A stretch of DNA of 64,000 nucleotides from NCBI GenBank assembly GCA_963676605.2, contig CAXXSP010000063.1:26182-90181 (forward strand), read 5' to 3'. How positions within the stretch are numbered: position 1 is the stretch's first letter; every line of letters begins with the position of its first letter. The DNA comes from Sphaerochaetaceae bacterium. Lineage in GTDB: Bacteria; Spirochaetota; Spirochaetia; Sphaerochaetales; Sphaerochaetaceae. This document shows, piece after piece, positions 58,901-64,000 of this stretch. The position numbers were made by a program, and so were the translations under genes. The notes below the pieces were generated by a model. The model was not told where the DNA came from. It did no database searches and was given only the letters and a program-made list of their open reading frames with translations.

Positions 58901-59060
58901 GGAGATCGACCTCAATCAGGTGAGACACTTCCTGAGACCTCTGTTCAAACGTCTCAGAGGCTCCTTCGATTTCGGAGAATTCACTGAGGGTGTTCACCGG
59001 GAGATGGATGCCATGCTCAACATGGAACAGACGCTTCAGGACGAAGACCTTTTCGCGTGA
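55929..59060 (+). CDS. multidomain sensor histidine kinase with C-terminal GNAT/N-acyl-amino-acid-synthase-like domain
   Basis: About 7 N-terminal TM helices, then a GAF/PAS-like middle region. HisKA (AGIAHEVNNPLAAISG) and HATPase_c (DDTGCGIP...GSGTGLGL). The final ~230 aa carry a GNAT pattern (HILAFKGIHPVGTVSLM...EILRLAVLPHMRN...IRLYKKFGFEEVG). Confidence 0.85.
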   Translation: MNMIIDISTIIPAVAFLLYVFFFVFGILQYKSDRFYWSFQLYIVFFSIWSFGSFMMHLNSGLMTPLFWNKVMLIGMLSVPFGLTHFVIDILKLQKRRVTVFITVSYLLLIPLMIFNFTGSIVSDAGFNADGSFFYTLADSSIYAYSISYAYLILAFIILLLSTRKNPLGAEGKNVALPIIGVFVMMIGTFLNVFPQLGQYPLDILAATINAVLLFYTIYKYKLISYSLVGLRIIYTTIFAIFSSFIYFGILTIVQLAKEDFAPGSTVELAIVLGLVTALIMYPIRNLLSYLIDSVLIPKRHPYQATILNLSRKMPTILNLDDLAREVTENLSTGMKTEWVLFVTRDPGMEEKEFRIIDHAKCPTEKRKGDIVKFALSSYLTEEIETREKLNSSSVIRLSDEEKNDFAVEGIPPFNVIIPLIFRHQTAGYILISYDISTSPLSQIEIDALEILASQSALSLENALSFEQLRVQGRELELSKNKMEAIFDGIASPVCLIDIDYIIQEANSAAITLFQIEKKQLIGTKCYKALFKRARPCPHCLAVDTLHTGVVQSTEAKEMNRVFSFQYHNVRVPEESKSLFVEIMQDITEQKHMQEEMIRTEKMAGIGTLAAGIAHEVNNPLAAISGTAEIMLSTASPESTDYEYLTDILNYAKGASNVIKEMSIYSRTEERQEKQLIEIVDAVEFSLRMAMRGSDMQNIEVKRNYHALPSLEANEGEIHQLFLNLIVNAVQSMGGRGTLTLTCTEKDGFIYISFDDTGCGIPDKYINQVFTPFFTTKPPGSGTGLGLTNCFNIVEKMEGRIRVRSEEGVGSDFTVILPLGDEGKDTIRFVMANDTSSLSDVFFIQRKVLVGEKGYLEESIHRKEDEKAMHILAFKGIHPVGTVSLMNSDVFWPLPMNKYFKLDEYVERGKSSEILRLAVLPHMRNTSVSIGLIALVFLLARSRGTAQTILDVFSDDTKTIRLYKKFGFEEVGTYHSPSKVTVMMLRGKTSQEIDLNQVRHFLRPLFKRLRGSFDFGEFTEGVHREMDAMLNMEQTLQDEDLFA

Positions 59061-59932
59061 GCAAGGATTGAGGTGACGAAGGGAGGCAGAAGCTTCTCCT
59101 CCCCCATCTCCTGTTCGAAGGATTCATCCTTTTCCGCCGTTCCTGCCCTAAGCTCAGAGCGATAGGCCTGATATCTGAGAGACATCTCCCTGGTACAGGT
59201 CAACCTTGCAAAAAGGGAGCGGGTCTGCATCCTCCAGGACTTCATCGTGAGGGCTTCCTCTTTCATGAAATGGTGCATGTCCAGATTCCCTGCACCTGAA
59301 GGAGAGTGGGCAAATGCTCCGATATACTCATCCTTCGCGACCGTTTTCACCTGAGAAAGAGTCTTTAGAAGGAACGACCGAACATAGTCGTGCTTACTCT
59401 GTTCATGAAATCCGGCACAGACCTCCCGTCTGAAAAGATAGGAATGAAGCTGAAAGGAAGGAGCGGATAGGAGCTTTCTTTCATACGAGCCGCCTGTACC
59501 CAATGGGGGTTGTATGTATTCAATACGCCCCTCCTTCACGATCATAGCGGCACACTGAGCTGCTCCTGCACCGAAGAGCTGCAGGGCCTCGTTCATCTGA
59601 GTAAGATATCCGCTATGTATTTCCTCCCCTGCATGCAGGAAGAGGACGAGATCTCCTTCGGCTCTCTCAAGTCCCCGGTTGAATGCGGCGGCAGTACCTG
59701 TCCAGACGAGTTCTATGCCTGCTTCTCCTGCAGCAAGACCTGAGTGAATCTGAGAGGAGACGAGAACCATCTGAAAAGATGTATAGTCCTGTCCCCTCAC
59801 TGAAGAGAGTGAACGCTCCAACTCATCGTCCCAGATCTCACCCGCTATGATGACTGATATCAGAGGGCGGTCATACTGTCTCTCAACGAATTTCATATTA
59901 CTGAATATACTACACGAACGGAAAAACGGCAT
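59036..59932 (-). CDS. family 2 glycosyltransferase
   Basis: ISVIIAGEIWDDELERSLSSVRGQDYTSFQMVLVSS (GT-A N-terminus) and LVLFLHAGEE (DxD-like position). 25-nt convergent overlap with the kinase gene. The alternative start at 59896 is possible. Confidence 0.7.
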   Translation of the reverse strand: MPFFRSCSIFSNMKFVERQYDRPLISVIIAGEIWDDELERSLSSVRGQDYTSFQMVLVSSQIHSGLAAGEAGIELVWTGTAAAFNRGLERAEGDLVLFLHAGEEIHSGYLTQMNEALQLFGAGAAQCAAMIVKEGRIEYIQPPLGTGGSYERKLLSAPSFQLHSYLFRREVCAGFHEQSKHDYVRSFLLKTLSQVKTVAKDEYIGAFAHSPSGAGNLDMHHFMKEEALTMKSWRMQTRSLFARLTCTREMSLRYQAYRSELRAGTAEKDESFEQEMGEEKLLPPFVTSILAHAKRSSS

Positions 59933-59984
59933 CAGTCACCGCTGCACTCTTTCATGCCCTCGTGCCCTCGGGTATACTGATTCT

Positions 59985-60401
59985 ATGAGCCAAAGGTATG
60001 AACGCGCTTCAGCTCTCAGAAGATTCATCTCCTACATTCTCGATATACTGATTGGGGCAGCGGCCTTCACCCCTGTCTTCATATGGTACCTGAGAGGTCT
60101 GTTCAGTGAGCGAAGCGGAGTGTATCTCCTTGGTTACGGACCGCTCCTAGTCTACTTCTGTATCCTCTGCAGGTTCCTCTACCTCACAATTCTCTGGAAA
60201 ACAGGAGGAACTGCAGCTGAACGGCTTGTCGGTATCCGGGTGATACACAGAAACGGAGAGCCTCTGTCTCTGGTGCGCTGTGCGCTCCGTGCCCTGACGC
60301 TCCCTCTTGATGTACTCTCTCTCGGGTGTGTCTATATCCCCTTCCCCCATGAAGGGCTCCATGACAGGATGAGTGACAGCACGGTACGGATGAGGCACTG
60401 A
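59985..60401 (+). CDS. RDD-family membrane protein
   Basis: ALRRFISYILDILIGAAAF...GGTAAERLVGIRVI... pattern. Start at the internal ATG 59985. Confidence 0.7.
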   Translation: MSQRYERASALRRFISYILDILIGAAAFTPVFIWYLRGLFSERSGVYLLGYGPLLVYFCILCRFLYLTILWKTGGTAAERLVGIRVIHRNGEPLSLVRCALRALTLPLDVLSLGCVYIPFPHEGLHDRMSDSTVRMRH

Positions 60402-60440
60402 GCTCTTGTCTGTTCCCCGATTCCCCGGTACAGTGGGCGC

Positions 60441-60815
60441 ATGGACATCCTGATAACTATTGATGACATCCTTGAGATGACAGCACGGTTGTACGAGACA
60501 GAAGCCACACAGAAATTCTATGACGCACTCCCGATGGAATGTTTCCTGAGCAGATGGGGAGAAGAATTCTATGGTGATATCCCCGTCATGCTTGAAGAGG
60601 ATGATACCATGAGAGATGTCATGGATGTGGGAGAGATTGCGTTCTGGCCGCCGGGAAACGCCTTCTGTATCGTGTTCGGTCCTACGCCGATGAGCAGAGG
60701 CGAGGAGCCGGTCCTCGCTTCTGACGCAATTCCTCTCGGACTCATCACCGACTGCCCCCTTAGCGAGCTATCGGCCAAGGGTGACGAGGTCGAATGTATC
60801 ATCGAGGCTCTTTAA
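60441..60815 (+). CDS. cyclophilin-like fold protein (TM1367/DUF3830-like)
   Basis: 124 aa with GEIAFWPPGNAFCIVFGPTP motif characteristic of this family. Confidence 0.6.
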   Translation: MDILITIDDILEMTARLYETEATQKFYDALPMECFLSRWGEEFYGDIPVMLEEDDTMRDVMDVGEIAFWPPGNAFCIVFGPTPMSRGEEPVLASDAIPLGLITDCPLSELSAKGDEVECIIEAL

Positions 60816-60870
60816 CAGGTCTCACCCGTAACCGGACCCCCTCTGGGGAGAGGGGATCGTAGAGCGAAAA

Positions 60871-62349
60871 TCAGATTCCGTACATCTTCATGCGGACATC
60901 GAGATACGACTGATATACCTCGTTATACATCTCCACATTCGCACTGTTCGGTTTCGCATGCTTAGAGTAATCGAGTTCGACATGCTCCTTGCACAGCTCT
61001 GTGATATCTCCCTGACCATCGACCCACATCGCCTGCAGAGCGGCACCGAGAGAGCCGCTCTCCTTGCTCGTCACACCAATCACTTCGGTATTCATGATAT
61101 CGGCGGCGATCTGTCTCCACGGAGCACTGTTGCTGCCTCCACCTGTGATCTTCATCAGTTCTATGGGTCCGGTATTCTTCGTCAGGAGATCGCGTCCCCA
61201 TCTCAGGTTGAATATAACAGACTCGGCTGAAGAGCGGATGAGGTTCTCCTTCTTCAGAGTCTTGAAGGTAAGACCGGCCACCACTCCCTTTGAGTTGGGG
61301 AGTGCCGGCATTCTCTCTCCGTTGAGGAAGGGGACCATGACCACTCCTTCTGCTCCGGGTACGCTCTTCTCCAGATACGCATCAAACTCTTTCACGCTGA
61401 GGTCGAATAGTTCCTGATAGGCGGTGGATGTGCTGGTGGCATTCATCGTGAGTACGGTTGGAATCCAACCGCCGTTACCGGCACACTGGATCTGCGTGAT
61501 AGGGTCAAAGAAGAAGGGTTTATTGGTACTGGAGTACATATTGATCACACCGCTGGTACCAAGAGTCATCGCTGCGGTTCCGTCTTCGACGGTTCCTGTA
61601 CCGAGTGAGGCCATCATGTTATCCCCGCTGCCCGGTGACACGATGACATGCTCGCCCAGACCATATTTCGCAGCGATCTCCCGCGTGATGGTACCCAGGG
61701 GCTCTCCATCGGTCGCGAGTGCAGGGAGAGCCTTCTTCAGGATCCCGCTCTCATCCATGAGAGCAACCACCTCATCACTCCAGGTAAGGCTCGTCACATT
61801 GAAATAGCCGGTCCCCGAAGCGCTGCCGATATCTGTGGCCTGAATGCCGGTAAGATAGTAGTTGATATAATCCTTCGGATTGAAGGCCACGGCGATTCTC
61901 TTATAGAGATCCGGCTCGTGCTTCTTCATCCACAGCAGCTTGCTCGCAGTATACCCGACCGGGATCGAGGTGCCGATCTTCTCGATTGTTCCGGTCTCTC
62001 CGCCGCAGGCGGCGATGAGTTCCGCGTTCTCCGTTGCCGTCTCGGTATCATTCCACAGCTTCGCAGGCCTGATCACTTCATTACTGCCATCGAGGACGAC
62101 GAGACCGTGCTGATGACCTGAAACACCGATTCCTCTGATCCGGGAACGCTCATCTCCCATCCCGTCAAGAGCTTCATGCATCGCTGTATCGAGTGCCTCG
62201 ATCCACCAAGAAGGTTCCTGCTCCCGTCTTCCGTTCTCAAGGGCTATGATATCGTGTTTCGCATACCCGTCAGAAACTATCTTCTTTTTCTTTTCATCAT
62301 AGACGATGACCTTCGTTCCCTGCGTGCCGCAGTCAATACCGATATACAT
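60871..62349 (-). CDS. FGGY-family carbohydrate kinase (xylulokinase-like)
   Basis: MYIGIDCGTQGTKVIV N-terminal ATPase motif, GVSGHQHG and GGGSNSAPWRQI motifs, 492 aa. Confidence 0.8.
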   Translation of the reverse strand: MYIGIDCGTQGTKVIVYDEKKKKIVSDGYAKHDIIALENGRREQEPSWWIEALDTAMHEALDGMGDERSRIRGIGVSGHQHGLVVLDGSNEVIRPAKLWNDTETATENAELIAACGGETGTIEKIGTSIPVGYTASKLLWMKKHEPDLYKRIAVAFNPKDYINYYLTGIQATDIGSASGTGYFNVTSLTWSDEVVALMDESGILKKALPALATDGEPLGTITREIAAKYGLGEHVIVSPGSGDNMMASLGTGTVEDGTAAMTLGTSGVINMYSSTNKPFFFDPITQIQCAGNGGWIPTVLTMNATSTSTAYQELFDLSVKEFDAYLEKSVPGAEGVVMVPFLNGERMPALPNSKGVVAGLTFKTLKKENLIRSSAESVIFNLRWGRDLLTKNTGPIELMKITGGGSNSAPWRQIAADIMNTEVIGVTSKESGSLGAALQAMWVDGQGDITELCKEHVELDYSKHAKPNSANVEMYNEVYQSYLDVRMKMYGI

Positions 62350-62612
62350 GATACCGCCTCCTACCTATTTTATTCATGTATCCTGTGTATAGAGAGATGT
62401 ATCAGGCGTAAAAACAGCCTGTCAGAACAATTCTTCTCTTTCAGGATGATACCTATCATACCATTCATCAGGTCTTTAAAGCAAAGATTTCTTGCAGGAG
62501 GATACCGAGCTTCCTATTCCATGTTCCAGAGATACAATAATTCCACCTCCAGCACTTTCGCACCTGGGTGAATTGCTATAGACTGGAGTGAACAATACAG
62601 ACAGATACACAG

Positions 62613-63575
62613 GTGGAACCTTACATGAATAGCATAGTAGTAGCAGGTGCCGGAGTATTCGGTACAGCCCTCGCCCAGCGCCTTGCATGGAACCCGGAGA
62701 ACACGGTAGTTCTCTATTCGATAGAACAGGATGTAGTGGAAGATATCAACTCATCGCACATGAACAGCAAATACTTTCCGGGAAGACATATACATTCCTC
62801 AATCATCGCCACAGGTGATATCGCCTGCGCCTACGGGGCAGATTATATCTTTCTCGCAATCCCCTCGAAGGCGATAGAGTCCTATACCCATGAGATCCAT
62901 CCGCACTGCAAGGAAGATGTGGTGATCGTGAATCTCTCGAAGGGACTGAGCGACGACGGGTCCTTCCTGACCGATTCGATTCCCTTCGCAAAACAGGTCT
63001 CGCTGAAAGGACCCACATTCGCAGTGGAACTGATGAACGGCGCTCCTTCCGGGATGACGGTCGGAGGGGACAGAAGCTGTTACGAACGTCTACGCAAGGT
63101 ATTTGCAGAGACAGTCATCGCACTCGATTACACCTCTGATATCAGAGGTGTGGAACTGATGAGCGTGCTGAAGAATATGTATGCGATAGCAATCGGTATC
63201 GTCAGCGGAAGGTATAACTCGGCGAATGTGGACTTCCTTGTCATGACCCGTGCTGTGAATGAGATGAGAGACCTGGTTGAACTCTACGGATGTGAGAGAG
63301 AGACGATCTTCACCTACTGCGGTATCGGAGATCTCGGTCTCACAAGCCTTACCGACCTCTCAAGAAACAGGACACTCGGACTTCTCATCGGCAAGGGGTT
63401 CAGCAATGACCCGAAGAGCGGTACTGTGATTGAAGGACTGAGAACAATAAAACTCCTTGAGGAACTCGTCAGAAACTCCCGAACTGATCGCTCCTTCCCG
63501 CTGCTCCACGCACTGTACGCTCTGGTGTACGAAGATTCCTCCCTGAATTCCTACATCCTCTCTGTCGTCTCTTAG
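62613..63575 (+). CDS. NAD(P)H-dependent glycerol-3-phosphate dehydrogenase-like protein
   Basis: Rossmann VVAGAGVFGTALAQ, NLSKGL, GPTFAVE and NRTLGLLIGKG motifs in GpsA order. Confidence 0.75.
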   Translation: MEPYMNSIVVAGAGVFGTALAQRLAWNPENTVVLYSIEQDVVEDINSSHMNSKYFPGRHIHSSIIATGDIACAYGADYIFLAIPSKAIESYTHEIHPHCKEDVVIVNLSKGLSDDGSFLTDSIPFAKQVSLKGPTFAVELMNGAPSGMTVGGDRSCYERLRKVFAETVIALDYTSDIRGVELMSVLKNMYAIAIGIVSGRYNSANVDFLVMTRAVNEMRDLVELYGCERETIFTYCGIGDLGLTSLTDLSRNRTLGLLIGKGFSNDPKSGTVIEGLRTIKLLEELVRNSRTDRSFPLLHALYALVYEDSSLNSYILSVVS

Positions 63576-63613
63576 GTATTTCGGATTTTTCTTTTCCGTA
63601 GTACCATGAAGGT

Positions 63614-64000
63614 ATGAAAGAGAGACCTACACGTAACCTCATAGACACGGCTATGGGAAGAGTTCCTGCTGATCTGTGCATCCTGAATGCGCAGATCGCA
63701 GATGTATTCAACGGAGAGTTCTTCACCTCCTCGCTCCTGATCAAAGACGGCCTGATCGCAGGCTTTTGCTCACAACCAGATACTCCGGCCTTGAAGACCA
63801 TCGATGCCGAGGGAAAATATCTTGTTCCGGGTTTCATTGATGCACACGTTCATATCGAATCCTCTCACTGCTCTCCGACGGCTTTCAGCGATGCTGTCGT
63901 TCCCTGCGGGACGACGAGCGTGATCGCAGATCCGCATGAGATCTGTAACGTGAGCGGTCTGGCGGGACTTGAGTATATGATGGAATCAAGCCGCAATACC
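63614..64000 (+). CDS. ade: adenine deaminase, N-terminal 129 codons (truncated by window end)
   Basis: Not in the ORF track because there is no stop. Carries [13 protein letters not shown]...[22 protein letters not shown]...[12 protein letters not shown], the adenine deaminase/amidohydrolase signature. Confidence 0.85.
   Translation, partial: MKERPTRNLIDTAMGRVPADLCILNAQIADVFNGEFFTSSLLIKDGLIAGFCSQPDTPALKTIDAEGKYLVPGFIDAHVHIESSHCSPTAFSDAVVPCGTTSVIADPHEICNVSGLAGLEYMMESSRNT

Noticed and set aside
60838-60855. CCCCTCT-GGGG-AGAGGGG hairpin as a terminator between the cyclophilin-like gene and the FGGY kinase gene
   Set aside because: No U-tract follows on either strand. It may still be a structural element, but I cannot support a terminator call.

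Overview
This 64-kb window looks like ordinary bacterial chromosome. Gene content is loosely reminiscent of an anaerobic, spirochaete-like organism (LL-DAP aminotransferase lysine route, exported MsrB-MsrA, 7TMR-DISM and HD-GYP signalling, many SC-lipobox lipoproteins), but taxonomy cannot be proven from this sequence. I can support about 62 protein genes on both strands. There is also a five-tRNA cluster (His-Arg-Lys-Leu-Gly), one complete class C group II intron with its RT/maturase inserted directly behind a rho-independent terminator, and one Phd/YefM-VapC toxin-antitoxin pair. Recognisable housekeeping and transport genes are: NarL-type two-component system plus VIT1; RarD, GPH, MATE, NCS2 and AbgT transporters; MntP; TcdA; dapA-dapL-lysA with divergent dapB; topoisomerase III; XseAB; PurU; M29 aminopeptidase; RarA; PyrG; an FGGY kinase; a GpsA-like dehydrogenase; and adenine deaminase (cut by the window end). 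I saw no CRISPR array, prophage or recognisable dedicated defence island. The candidates most worth a second look are these. (1) A 1,043-aa sensor histidine kinase ends in a GNAT/N-acyl-amino-acid-synthase-like domain, next to an ICMT-like methyltransferase plus REC-HD-GYP operon. (2) A translationally coupled trio of CBS-HATPase, DRTGG and PHP proteins has unknown function. (3) A CsoR-type operator precedes an untracked 47-aa Cys-Cys micro-ORF and two SHOCT membrane proteins, one with a Met/His-rich ectodomain. (4) A 1.05-kb patch (50385-51428) carries at least 11 single-base frameshifts across pyrG and the next gene; two isolated homopolymer frameshifts lie elsewhere, and sequence error is the most likely cause. 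(5) There are several unusual fusions or couplings: RarA with a methyltransferase-like tail, a GPH transporter overlapping a PlsC-like acyltransferase, and a membrane protein coupled to tandem TetR genes. All family assignments come from reading motifs in the translations. No database search was run.
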